Of a stretch of 64,000 nucleotides of DNA, positions 32,352-44,198 are shown piece after piece (the stretch's first letter is position 1; every line of letters starts with the position of its first letter). The stretch covers positions 1 through 64,000 of the forward strand of contig JALAGF010003778.1 in NCBI GenBank assembly GCA_030167865.1, read 5' to 3'. The position numbers and the translations under genes were made by a program. The notes under the pieces are model-generated. The model was not told the DNA's origin. It made no database searches and saw only the letters and a program-made list of their open reading frames with translations. This stretch comes from Craspedostauros australis (lineage: Eukaryota).

Positions 32352-33395
32352 TTATTGCTGAACCTCCAGCATGTCCGTACGGCCTGCACCATCGACCTTG
32401 GCCATGACGTACATAAGGACATGCGCACGTGGCCCGTTCTCTGTTTCTTCCACTTCAGCAGCCTCCACCACGAGGTTGCCTCCGCCAGTGATCTCGGATG
32501 CATCATGTCGCTTCAGCAGCTTGCCGTTCACCTTGACGGACCCTTCCATGCAAAGCAGATATGCTTGGCGGTCGTCCCCCAAATCAAAGGACACCGACTT
32601 GCCCGTCTCCAACTCCGTGGCGTACATGTCCGTATCCTGGTTGATCTTGACCGGCGTCTCCACGCCCGCGTCCATAACGCCGGATACCAAGTGCTGCCAC
32701 TTGTTTGTGCGATCGGCTGCAGACTTGGTGCCATCGGACGAACCGTAGTTCGGTTCGAGACCGTATCGCGATGGCACGATCCATGTCTGGATGAACCGCA
32801 ACGGCTTGTCGCCGTGATTGAATTCGGAATGACGCAAGCCACGTCCCGCCGTCATGAACTGGATGGAACCACGTCCCAGCGACTCCTTGGTGCCCATGTT
32901 GTCCTGATGCGTGAGCTCGCCTTCCACGATGTACGTGATGATCTCCATGTTGCGGTGCGGATGGGTGCCGAAGCCACGGTGCGGTTGGACAAGGTCGTCG
33001 TTCATGACGCGCAGCACGCCAAAATCGGAATTGCCCGGGTTGCGGTACTCGGCGAAAGAGAAATGGAATCTGGATTTGAGCCAGTTCCCGTTGGTCCAAG
33101 CTGGATCATTCTTCTCGTTGTCGCCGTTGCCGAACCACGCGGGGTTGGGCTCGCTGACAAAGAGCCTGCTCTGTGGGATGACGTTGATCTTCGGTGATGT
33201 CATGGCGGATGATGGAGATGGAACTGATGGGTTGTTGCAGGAACCTGCCGAAGATGAGGAAGCAGAAGATGGCGACGGTGATGCGGTCAGCGATGTCACG
33301 AATGGAACGGAGGCGGCCGTCAGCAGCAGAACACAGGCAGCCGTCAATGCTGTTGATCCGTTGAACACTGAGTTGGGGAAGATGGATGGTGTCAT
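32352..33395 (-). CDS. Pirin-family (YhhW-like) bicupin iron protein with an N-terminal targeting extension
   Basis: WLKSRFHFSFAEY, FGVLRVMNDD, GFGTHPHRNMEIITY..GELTHQDNMG and MTAGRGLRHSE (His/His/His/Glu iron ligands). Hydrophobic N-terminus followed by a Ser/Pro-rich linker. Confidence 0.93.
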   Translation of the reverse strand: MTPSIFPNSVFNGSTALTAACVLLLTAASVPFVTSLTASPSPSSASSSSAGSCNNPSVPSPSSAMTSPKINVIPQSRLFVSEPNPAWFGNGDNEKNDPAWTNGNWLKSRFHFSFAEYRNPGNSDFGVLRVMNDDLVQPHRGFGTHPHRNMEIITYIVEGELTHQDNMGTKESLGRGSIQFMTAGRGLRHSEFNHGDKPLRFIQTWIVPSRYGLEPNYGSSDGTKSAADRTNKWQHLVSGVMDAGVETPVKINQDTDMYATELETGKSVSFDLGDDRQAYLLCMEGSVKVNGKLLKRHDASEITGGGNLVVEAAEVEETENGPRAHVLMYVMAKVDGAGRTDMLEVQQ

Positions 33396-34302
33396 GTGAA
33401 TGGCAGGAGGACTGTTTGTGGCGTGTGCTTTTCAGAGGAATGTTGTGATGGATGATTGCAGTTCGTTGAATGTTGTATGCTTGCTTCTCGAAGTGTAGTC
33501 GGCCGGTATGGCAATGTCAGCGTCGAGTATTCAGATTGGTGTGTTATTTGCGCAAGATTTGCGAATTGTGAGAGCAAGGCCCATGATCTGGCGATGAGCG
33601 CAGGCGACGCGAGGTTGGAAGTGCACGATGGGCAATGGATGATGTGATACTCTGCTACACGAGTATGTCTGCAGGGATCTTCTCCTTGTCGCCAGGGAAG
33701 CAACTCGCGCCGACGAACATCGCCTGATGGATGTTCCACGACGTCGTCGGAGATGTTGGTGTTGCGCTACGACCGACTATACTTGGACTCTGTTGTTCCC
33801 ATCGTCGCTGTTGCGTTCGGTGAGACGTTGTTCTTGTCATCTTTCGCCACAATGTCAACCCACCTTTAGTCCCGCATTCACAGGACTCGGCGATGTTTGG
33901 CGAAGTTCATTTTGTTTCCTGTTTCCTTCCATTTCGCCGATTTTGGTTCCTATCTCCGATCTGATCAATTTCGACCGATTTGTGGAAGATGTTGACAAGA
34001 ACGGCAACCTCGCCGACTTGAAGTGATTCGATCGAGTCGTCTGTATCTGGTTATGAGACAACGCGGTCACTTTTTTGGAAGCCAATCACACCAACAAACC
34101 AATTCGAGAAACACAAGGAAAGCAACCAAACGATGACATGGATGATGCCTCCTCGCTCACCAAATGGATGTGGAGTGAATTTGTTCTGCGTGTTGGGATG
34201 TTGGTGTGCTCGTCGCATAAACAGATAGATACCCACTGACAGTGTACGTATTCCAACAAGAATACCAACACCAACATCAACACCAACACCACCTGCGCAA
34301 CC

Positions 34303-36750
34303 ATGAATGTCCAGAAGCGCAACAACATCTCGATCTACTCGCTGTCCACGGGACCTGTTCTGCCGGAATGGCTGGGCGAACGCGCTAGACGGAACATTGC
34401 GAAACGCGATGAGCAGGTGCGACGTCGCATCGAGCTCATCCAGGACTTTCAGATGCCCTCGAGCTCGTCCAAGATCGTCACGTCCGGAGATGGGCGGCAC
34501 ATCATCACGGCGGGAACGTACCAACCGAGGATCCGTTGCTACGACGTGCACGAGCTTTCGATGAAGTTCGAGCGGTACATGGATGCGGAGATCGTGGATC
34601 TGGTCATGCTGGGCGAGGATTACGGAAAGATCGCCATCCTCATGGAGAATCGGACCATCGCGTTCCATGCTCATTACGGCAAGCACGAGAGCATCCGGAT
34701 CCCTCGTTTCGGCAGGGGCATGGCGTACGAGCCGACGACCTGCGAGCTGCTGCTGGCGGCCAGCGGCAGCGAGGTGTACCGTTTGAATCTGGAGGAAGGT
34801 CGATTCAGCGAGCCTTGGACGTTCGAATCGTCATCCAGCAGCGAGGATGTGGGAGCATCCTGCATCACCGTCGCACCATCCCATCCGCTGGCCTGCGTCG
34901 GATGCGAGGACGGCTCCGTGCGCTTTTGGGACAACCGCTCGCCGGACACCTTGCTCAAGCCATTCCTCAAGCTGGACGTCGTGAGCGCAACGAAGGGCTA
35001 CGGATACGCGGACGATCCCTACACGAACATCAAGGAGGTCACCTCCATCGCGCACGATCCCAGCGGCTTGTACATGGCCGCCGGAACCGCCGGCGGTCTG
35101 GCCGTGCTCTACGATGTGCGTTCCAGCAAGCCTCTGTACGTGCAGGAGCACAAGCTGGGGACGAAGATCCACACGATGAAATTCCACACGGGCAGCGGCT
35201 GCATCTTCTCCTCCGACGAGAAGGTCGTCAAGATATGGAGGTACAAATCCACGGGCGATCTGGTGCAGACGTCCGAGACCAGGTTCGGCATGGTGGAGAC
35301 CACCGACAAGGGTTCGCGTGACATCGGTGCCGTCGTGGCCAACGTCGAAGGCAGCGGGAAGTTCAGCAACTTCATCCTGGCCGGCGACGAGAAGGATCCA
35401 GAGGGAAACCGCAGCGGGCTGCTGATGTGCACCAACGATCAGCCCAAGTTGGATTCGTTTTACGTCCCCCAGGTGGGGCTGGCGCCCAAGTGGTGCTCCT
35501 TCCTGGAGAACATCACCGAGGAGCTGGAGGAGCGCGACCTGAAACGTGCCGATGGAACGACGTCGGATCTGGTGCAGGATGGGCAGGAGGCCGTGTTTGA
35601 CAATTACAAGTTCGTGAGCCGCGACGATCTGGAGAAGATGGGCGTGTCGGATCTCATCGGAACGCCGCTGCTGCGCGGGTACATGCATGGATTCTTCATG
35701 GACACGAATCTGTACAACCGCGTGCGCGCCGTCGCCAATCCGTTCGAGTACGAGCAGTACCGCAAGAAGAAGCTGAAGGAGCGGCTGGATGCGAAGCGGG
35801 CGAGCCGAATCGCACCCAAGGATGCCAAGGCGGGCAGCAAGGCGGCCGTGAATCCGGATCTCGCAGAGCGACTGCAGGACAAGGCCGTGTCCGGCAAGAC
35901 GAAGGCTGGCAAGGCCGCAGGTCGGCTGCTGTCAGACAATCGTTTCGGTGGTCTGTTCACGAATCCAGACTTTGAGATCGACAGGGATGACGAGGATTTC
36001 AAGCTGCGCAATCCCAGCGGTGTCGCCGCCGTTGCGAAGAACAAGAGACGGCGTGATGACATGGACAGCGACGACAGCGACGATGACGAAGAGGAGGAGG
36101 CCGGCGTTGGTGCCGATGCTGGCAGCGACAGTGATGGCGCAGCGCTACAAGGCAAGGACCGTGGCGCCGACAAACACAGTGGCTTCCAGCGTCTCAACGC
36201 ACGCGACGAATACGATAGCGATGGCGAAAGCAGCGCAAGCGATAGTGACAGCGACAGCGACGTGGATGGATTCAGAGGAGGCAAGGTCCGCGGCGAGGCA
36301 TACGAAGCGGTCAAGGAGATGCGCCGACACAAGACGAAGAGATCAACGATACGCGACAACAGCAGCAGTGGTGGCAGTGGCAAGGCGAAGAAGAAGACGG
36401 GCAAGGCTGCCATCATGTACGAGGCCGATGACCTGGGCGACGGCAACCAGGATGCGATTGCCCACAGCGGGCTGGGTCACGCGGATGCCGCAGGTCGCGT
36501 GAAGAAGCAGGTGAAGAAGATGAACATGCCGCTCGCCGAACGCGCCAAGCTGAAGGAGGATGAGACGAACGGGGTCGTTCAGATACGGCACAAGGGCGGA
36601 GCGAAGGAGATCCACTACGTTCCCAAGAGTGACCGCAAGAGCAAGGCTGCTGCGAGTGGCGGCAATGACGATGCCGATGGTGACAAGAACGGTCGTTCCA
36701 AACGGAAACGTCGCGGTGTCAAGGACCTGCGTCTCAACAAGAGCATGTAG
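34303..36750 (+). CDS. NOL10: Nucleolar protein 10 / Enp2 (WD40 + NUC153, 40S biogenesis)
   Basis: RRRIELIQDF, GTYQPRIRCYDVHELSMKFERYMD, APKWCSFLENITEELEE, YMHGFFMD, NPFEYEQYRKKK and the NUC153 motif DNRFGGLFTNPDFEID. Confidence 0.95.
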   Translation: MNVQKRNNISIYSLSTGPVLPEWLGERARRNIAKRDEQVRRRIELIQDFQMPSSSSKIVTSGDGRHIITAGTYQPRIRCYDVHELSMKFERYMDAEIVDLVMLGEDYGKIAILMENRTIAFHAHYGKHESIRIPRFGRGMAYEPTTCELLLAASGSEVYRLNLEEGRFSEPWTFESSSSSEDVGASCITVAPSHPLACVGCEDGSVRFWDNRSPDTLLKPFLKLDVVSATKGYGYADDPYTNIKEVTSIAHDPSGLYMAAGTAGGLAVLYDVRSSKPLYVQEHKLGTKIHTMKFHTGSGCIFSSDEKVVKIWRYKSTGDLVQTSETRFGMVETTDKGSRDIGAVVANVEGSGKFSNFILAGDEKDPEGNRSGLLMCTNDQPKLDSFYVPQVGLAPKWCSFLENITEELEERDLKRADGTTSDLVQDGQEAVFDNYKFVSRDDLEKMGVSDLIGTPLLRGYMHGFFMDTNLYNRVRAVANPFEYEQYRKKKLKERLDAKRASRIAPKDAKAGSKAAVNPDLAERLQDKAVSGKTKAGKAAGRLLSDNRFGGLFTNPDFEIDRDDEDFKLRNPSGVAAVAKNKRRRDDMDSDDSDDDEEEEAGVGADAGSDSDGAALQGKDRGADKHSGFQRLNARDEYDSDGESSASDSDSDSDVDGFRGGKVRGEAYEAVKEMRRHKTKRSTIRDNSSSGGSGKAKKKTGKAAIMYEADDLGDGNQDAIAHSGLGHADAAGRVKKQVKKMNMPLAERAKLKEDETNGVVQIRHKGGAKEIHYVPKSDRKSKAAASGGNDDADGDKNGRSKRKRRGVKDLRLNKSM

Positions 36751-37397
36751 CAGTAGAGCAGTCAAGTTGAGCCAACTACCGTAACGATAGAGTATCAGCT
36801 GGCAAGAACAGAGCCTCGCTGGCACAGAGACACCCACTTGTGATCATTAATGGACAACGCTGTGTTGCAAACAAAGCTCCGACAAGTCCACCCGACGTAC
36901 ACCCTGTCCTCGCCATATTCTCACATGCTCTATTCTGAACCGTAGACTTCTCTGGAGTTGGTGGAGAAATCATAACAACCAATATTCGAAAGCAGAATCT
37001 TCCGCAGAACCAGTGGCTCGCACAGGTGCCTGATTTTCGGATCCTCCAGAACCACACACGCGTCGCACGTTTCTCATGTGGACGAACCAAGAAGCAACAC
37101 GAACAGTGTAAGCCACACGAATCCGAGACGAAACGAAAGGAAGGGATCGGTTCTGGCCATCCAAACAGGCGACGACGACATCGACGACCGCGACCCAAAA
37201 AGAGAAAGAACGAAAAGATCGGTCGTCCGCACGTGCGACCAGTCCTCTTTCGCGACCAGACTTCACATCAACGACTGCCGACTGAGCAAAGGCCCACAAC
37301 ATCGAATCCATCGACCGAATCTCAGCCAGAGCCACCAACAGCAATTGCAATAGCAACACCAATAGCAATAGCAATAGAGAGATAACAAACACCCAAG

Positions 37398-39196
37398 ATG
37401 GTTCTCGCACTCGCAAGCGCACGCAGCGCAGCCATGAGACAGGCAGGCCGCTCTGCCATGAGCAACCACGGCGCCAAGGCCCTGCTCTCGTCCAAATCCG
37501 TGGGATACGACCACTTCGCCTCCGGATGGGGCAAGAGCGACATCCCGGAGACCGCGGAGGGCGGCAAGTACTGCGTTCAGACCTTCAACAAGATCTCCAC
37601 GAAGGGGCTGGAGCGCTTCCCCCGCGAGAGCTTCGACGTCTTCCCCAGCGAGGAGGCTTCGGGCGCGCCGGCCCATTCCCTGCTGCTGCGCTCGCACAAG
37701 CTGCAGGAGGAGGAGGTCGGCACCTCCGTGCGCGCCATCGCCAGATGCGGCGCCGGAACCAACAACATCCCCGTCGCGCGCATGACGGAGCTGGGCATCC
37801 CGGTCTTCAACACGCCGGGCGCCAACGCCAACGCCGTCAAGGAGCTCGTCCTGTGCGGATTGCTGCTGGGAAGCCGACGCATCGTCGACGGCATCAACCA
37901 CATGAAGAATCTGGGATCGCAGGGACTGGCGAAGGAGCGCGTCGAGAAGGACAAGGCGCTCTTCGGCGGGCGTGAGATCAGCGGCAAGACCTTCGCCGTC
38001 ATTGGCCTCGGTCACATCGGGGCAGCCACCGCACGCGACGCGTCCTCGTTGGGAATGAATGTCGTCGGTTACGATCCTGGTCTTTCGGTCAAGACCGCCC
38101 TCGCCCTCCCGCGTGAGGTTAAGGTCGCGGACTCCATCTCATCTGCCGTTGCAGATGCCGACTACGTCAGGTACGATACTCTGCATGCATGATGGACATC
38201 AATGGAGTGCGCATGGTGTTCACTCATTTGGGACCATCGTTGCAATCTGCGAACGCGAAGCTTTGGGAGCGTCTTCTGTTTGTGGCTATAGCATTTTTGC
38301 ACATCAACAATGCGCTCTTTTCTCACGGTTCATGACTTGCCTTCACTGACATGATGCGATACTCTTGATGTGTGGGAACCAACCACAATGCAATGACAAT
38401 CGCAATGACAATCACAATGACAATACTCCACGGAAATCCAAATGACAACCAAAATGGCAAATGCAATGCACAAAAATGGAATGCGATATCATACTTGTAC
38501 ATCGCTGCAACACCTGACACTCCGCTGGACGGCTGCAGTTTGAACATCCCGTACATCAAGGGAAGCCCGGAGGAGGGTGGAACACACGGCATCATCGGCA
38601 GCAACGTCCTGAATGCGCTCAAGCCGGATGCCGTTGTGCTCAACTTCGCCCGTGGCGAGCTCGTCGATTCGGACGCCATGAAGGTGTTCCTCGATGCCGG
38701 CAACGGTGGCTACATCTCCGACTTCCCCGACGACGTCATCTGGAATCACGAGAATGCCATCCTCCTGCCGCATCTCGGTGCATCGACCGCGGAGGCTGAG
38801 GACGAGGCGGCAGCCATGGCCGCCGACACCATCCGCAACTACCTGGAGCACGGCACCATCAAGAACTCCGTCAACTTCCCGGAGACCAACATGCCGGAGA
38901 TGGATTCCACCGGCATCCGCATCAGCGTCATCAACAAGAACCAGCCGGGTATGCTGGCGCAAATCACCGAGGTCTTCGCCGCCGCCAAGGTCAACATCAT
39001 CCAGCAGATCAACCACTCGCGAGGTGACATCGCCTACAACGTCATCGACATCGGCTCGTCCGACAGCGACTCCGTCAACCTCAAGGAGCTGCAGAAGGAC
39101 GTCACCATGCTCGACGGTGTCCTCAGCAGCCGCATCATGTTCGGAACTCCAGGTGTCGGATACGCACGAAACATCGACGGGGAGTACTTCGTGTAG
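37398..39196 (+). CDS. serA: D-3-phosphoglycerate dehydrogenase with C-terminal ACT domain, paralog 1 (mitochondrial-type presequence), 2 exons
   Basis: Exons 37398-38170 and 38539-39196 (GT..AG; the junction restores DYVSLNIPY). Motifs ARCGAGTNNI, VFNTPGANANAVKE, GLGHIG, NFARGELVD, PHLGAST and ACT domain NKNQPGML. 476 aa. Confidence 0.9.
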
Positions 39197-40284
39197 AGCG
39201 GTATACCATACACGCACAGTATGGTGCGATTACTGGCAGAATGCGAGTTTGGATCCATTGAACAGGTGACTGGAGTACGAGCTGAGACCAAGCATCCTAG
39301 CACATTCCAGTTCGTGGCAAAGAGGCAGAGGGCCCACAATCGATAGAGTACTACATTTACGTGCCTTCACAACTCAACCATGGCCATGCAAGTATCAGAC
39401 TGTCAGAGTACTCGTATCAGTGTTTGTAAAGAAGTGCCTTTCAGATTGCGTCTGCACAGGAGCGATGGATTGCATCCACTCACACACAGACGCACATGCG
39501 CATATGCACAGACACACAACAAAGGAAGGTCAGCCAGTACCTCATCGAATAACAACTCCTCCACGCAATGCTGTCAACGCGACGGTGGGAGAACCAATTC
39601 TCGTCGTAGTAGTAGTACCATGCATACTATTATACATCCAAACAACCGCTCATTCTCCCCACCCATCTACAGTATGGTACGTACATCCGAGGCCATCAAC
39701 TCGCCAATAACCACCGCGGGTCACTCCAACAGCGCATTATCCAAACCGCGTCCACCCTCACCGCATCTCTCATTTTTGGCGTGGGTTGTTTCGTCGCTCC
39801 CGTGTTCCCATTTTCGGCATGTGTTCTCGCAAAAAGTGAACGTTCGGCTTTCGTCCCCATGAAACTGCAGCCGGCCAGGATTCGCCATTCCCAGCCAATC
39901 AGATTCGAGATTCGCGAAATGGGAACGCTCCAAGCAACGAAACTGTTGGTCGTGGATAACGGATTCGTCTGTCAGTGCGTACGTTGAGAAACATGCTTGG
40001 ATGGCACGAACATCAACCCACCAAAGTTCCCGAACACGGAATGGTTCGTATCCGAATCCAGTCGCTGGCATCACCACCGTCACCACCACCAAGAAAGACA
40101 TCACCTCTCCGCGAGCCATACAACGACTATACCAATGCTTGATTGACGCAAGAGAGACAAGAGGAATCATTTGGCGCCGTCATTCCGAAAGATATCTGAT
40201 AACACAACAACATCGGTTACTCCAGAGAGTGGAACAGCACAACGATATTGTCACATTATATCATATAATAGTACTCCAGCAACC

Positions 40285-42427
40285 ATGATCATCGCCCGCA
40301 CCGCACTGAGGAACAGCCGCGTCTTTGGCGCCGCCGCCATCTCGCGTGCCGCTCCGGCCACCAACGTCGCCGTCCGCACCCTCGCCGACGTCCAGGTCGA
40401 GCATGGACGTGGACAATGGAAGACGTACGGCGATGTCGAGAACTACAAGATGGGCAAGTACCAGATCAAGACCTTCAACAAGATCTCGCCCGTCGGACTC
40501 AGCGAATTCCCGGATCAGGAGTACGATGTGCGCACAGGCGACGAGGAGGCCGCCAACGCCCACGCCATCCTCCTGCGATCGCACAAGCTCCAGGAAGATG
40601 ATGTGCCGCAGACCGTGCGCGCCATCGCTCGGTGAGTTGTGTTCTGGTCTGTTCTGCCATGCTGTGTCCATATTCATGGTCTACTTTCTCATGCATCGTT
40701 GCGGAGCAGAGTATTTGCTGTGAGGAACACACGTGCATCTGACAATCATTTGGCCATGGCCATACATAATACGAGTAGTATGCGCAACCACCGAATGGGT
40801 TTGCGATGGATTGTATGGAACTTTGTGAAATGAAGTGCAATGGTGCCATGTGTCTCACACTCCAGCTCTTCATCTATTATATTATTCAATACCTTGCTCC
40901 ATTTATTGTCCAATGAACACGCGATATCCTGCATTCTTCATGCACAATCAATTGAACAAATGGATCCGAATCAAATGCAATGCACTCCATGATTCACGTG
41001 AACATTGCAAACGAACATGATGCAACCAAATGAATGAATGAACGGAATGGTGTCTGTGGTGTTGATTCGGATTGTGGCTGACTTCAAAACACTGAAACGA
41101 AACGCTCTACTCCGCACGATGCTATGCTCCACATCGCTGGCCCATCACAATCGATGCCATTATGCTACATTCCACATTCACTCTGTGAATGCGTCATTTT
41201 GGATGCCAATCTCCATGACAACATCCTCGTTGACGCCAATGCTGCGATGCACTTCTCAACACGCATCAAATGCAAATTCAAACGCAAACTTGATGCAACT
41301 TCGAATGAAAATGTATCTGAAAACCATGATGACGCTGCGATAATCCCAGTTGCGGAGCCGGAACCAATAACATCCCAGTCCCACGCATGACCGAATTGGG
41401 AATCCCAGTCTTCAACACCCCAGGTGCCAATGCCAACGCCGTCAAAGAACTCGTCCTTTGCGGTATGTTCCTCGGCAGCCGACGTGTCGTTGACGGAATC
41501 AACCACATGAAGGAGCTCGGAGAGAAAGGAATCGCCCGCGAGCGCGTGGAGAAGGATAAGGCCATGTTCGGCGGACAGGAATTGAAGGGCAAGACCCTTG
41601 CTGTTATCGGTTTGGGACATATTGGTTCCATGACAGCACGTGACGCCTTCGAGCTCGGCATGGACGTCAAGGGATACGACCCAGGTCTTTCCATCCAGTC
41701 CGCCCTGCGTCTCCCGCGTGCCCTCGAGCTCATGGACTCCATCGCCTCCGCGGTTGCCGACGCTGACTACGTCTCCATCAACATCCCGTACATCAAGGGA
41801 GAGAACGGCACGCACGGAATCATCGGACCCGAAGTCATCCAGCACTTCAAGTCCACCGCCGTCCTTCTCAACTTCGCACGCGGCGAGCTCGTCGACTCCG
41901 AGGCCATGAAGGCCTTCCTCGACTCGGGCGATGGCCGTTACATCTCTGACTTCCCAGATGACCTCCTCTGGGACCACAAGAACGCCGTCATCCTACCACA
42001 CTTGGGTGCCTCGACGGAAGAGGCCGAGGACGCCGCCGCCTCCATGGCCGCCAACACCATCCGTGCCTACCTCGAGAGCGGGACCATCCGCAACAGCGTC
42101 AACTTCCCAGACACGGAGCTCTCCGACAGACCGGAGCACGCCGTCCGCTTCACCATCGTCAACAAGAACGTCCCAGGTGCGCTCGCCTCCATCACGGAGG
42201 CTTTCGCCAACGAAGGTCTCAACATCATGCAGCAGATCAACCAGTCCCAGGGTGATGTCGCCTACAACGTGGTGGACATCGACACCACCAACCACGGCGA
42301 TGTCATGTCCTTGAAGCATGTCCAGGAGCAGATCACCATGCTTGATGGTGTGATGAGCACGCGTATCATCTACGGAACGCCGGGAGTTGGATACGCCAAG
42401 AACATCGACGGAGAGTACTTCATATAA
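40285..42427 (+). CDS. serA: D-3-phosphoglycerate dehydrogenase with C-terminal ACT domain, paralog 2 (mitochondrial-type presequence), 2 exons
   Basis: Exons 40285-40631 and 41350-42427 (GT..AG; the junction restores AIARCGAGTN). Same catalytic motifs as paralog 1. The N-terminus MIIARTALRNSRVFG is Arg-rich and acid-free. 474 aa. Confidence 0.9.
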
Positions 42428-43169
42428 GCATGATATTGTACTGTGTGATAGGTACCCAGCTGCATTTACGTACTCGATGGTAGAGCACAATGACTGCGCA
42501 CGAGTATTGGAATAGATTGCTCTGTTTTTGAATGAGTAAGAATACCATTCCAGCTGCGTGCGCGCACAGAATACATCACTGAGCGTTCGGACATAGCTTG
42601 TGCACGCGGTGGACAGTCGTGGCGCGATGCCGATCTCTTGACTTGGACGGAGCAAACAAGGCCGCCACCAAGCGCGAGTGCAAACACCGACAGGAAACTC
42701 CAACGAATACCACCAACCACATCAAACGAAGAGGAAACAGAGGCTTGCTTTGTGGACAGATGCAATTACGGAATCTATTTTTCGTTGTGCGTATTTACTG
42801 TGCTCTACGAAGTTTCCGCCTGTGTGCAAAGTGCAAAAGGTGTCACGGAGATCCAACCAAACCACCAACATGTTAGAAGACTGACTTGGATGTTGGTGTG
42901 TAGATCTCGCCGGATGCAATGTCGTCCAACCCGTCAACGGATTGGAGGACTCCAGTATTCGTGCATGCCTTGTGGGCATGAATCATGGTTGACCGAACTT
43001 GGGGACATGTTGGGAAGTACGCAAGTGTGTGCGTGTCAACAAGCTCGGGGTGTGTCGGGTGTGTGATCGCCATCCTTCGACGAGTGTCCCCTTGATTGAT
43101 GCTGGTGACCAAGCATGGGGTCATTTCTAAGAGCTGAAGGCATCGTGAAGGGACGATCGGAATGCGGAT

Positions 43170-44198
43170 TTAGGCCTTTCCGTCGTACTTCTTTCCGAGG
43201 GTGCTGGCATCACCGTCGTACTTGAGCTTGACCATTCGGTGTCCACGGGTGGGGGCCTTGATCCAGGACTGGCTGGTGTCGGTTCCGCGCTTGAGGTAGA
43301 AGTCGGTGAAGTCCTCGAAGATTCCTGCCTTCTTGACGTTTCTCTCGTAGTTGGCCTTGGACTTGGCGACGTCACCGTCACGGATCTTCTGGTACTCGGA
43401 GGCAGAGAGGCCAGATGGGACGTACGAGCTGGATCCGATCTTGCCGACGCTGAGCTGTGGATTCGGAAGAAAGGTGATGGTCCAGGAGTATGAGCAAGAG
43501 CAGAATCAGAGAGATAGATCGATAGAAAAGGTTGAGTATAACGCGTGCGGGTGTGTCGGGCGTGAAACGCCGATGGCCTCAGACAATCTCCAGAGAAACC
43601 CATCGCAATGCATTGTCGCGTTCAGTTTGCATTGATGCAGAGTAATGACTTACGCTCTTCTTGTTGCGGGCACCGTAGTTGTTCTGCTCCTTGACTGGCT
43701 CGAAGAGATCCATGTTGAAGATCTGTCGATAGAGCGCAATCATGCGAATTGGGTGCGGGCAGTTGCATGAGATGAATGTGTGAGTGGATAAGGTCTCCTA
43801 TGTGCTTGGATGATACAGATGCGGTATGACTTGGCAATCCAACAGGGTGAACATCGCACTACTTGATCCCATTAGCCATCGCCTCTTCCGTCACGATCTG
43901 TTCTGGAAGAGCCATGATGCAGCGCGCGCATGGTGATGGCTGAATGGACTCTGCTCTCGAGCATGATTGATCCGCACGAGAGGATGGATGTGTGTGTGAC
44001 ATCAGAGAACGCGCTGCCGAACTATTGAATGCACTGATGGGAAGCCCTTAGTCGGAGCTTCAATCTAACATGAATACTCACGCGCTCGAAGAGTGGAACC
44101 TTCTCGGCCATGAGGTCAGTGTTGACGCGTCCCTGCTGCATTGGAGCAAAGGCGTTGGCGGCGGCGAGGGTGGTGATGAGGATGGCGGCGGTCTTCAT
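43170..44198 (-). CDS. Small plastid-targeted diatom orphan protein (YVPSGLS..EY.KI motif), 3 exons
   Basis: Exons 44198-44082, 43722-43654 and 43454-43170, with GTGAGT/GTAAGT donors and CAG acceptors, all phase 0. Product: MKTAAILITTLAAANA-FAPMQQGRVNTDLMAEKVPLFER|IFNMDLFEPVKEQNNYGARNKKS|LSVGKIGSSSYVPSGLSASEYQKIRDG...GHRMVKLKYDGDASTLGKKYDGKA. 156 aa with strong codon bias. Confidence 0.88.
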
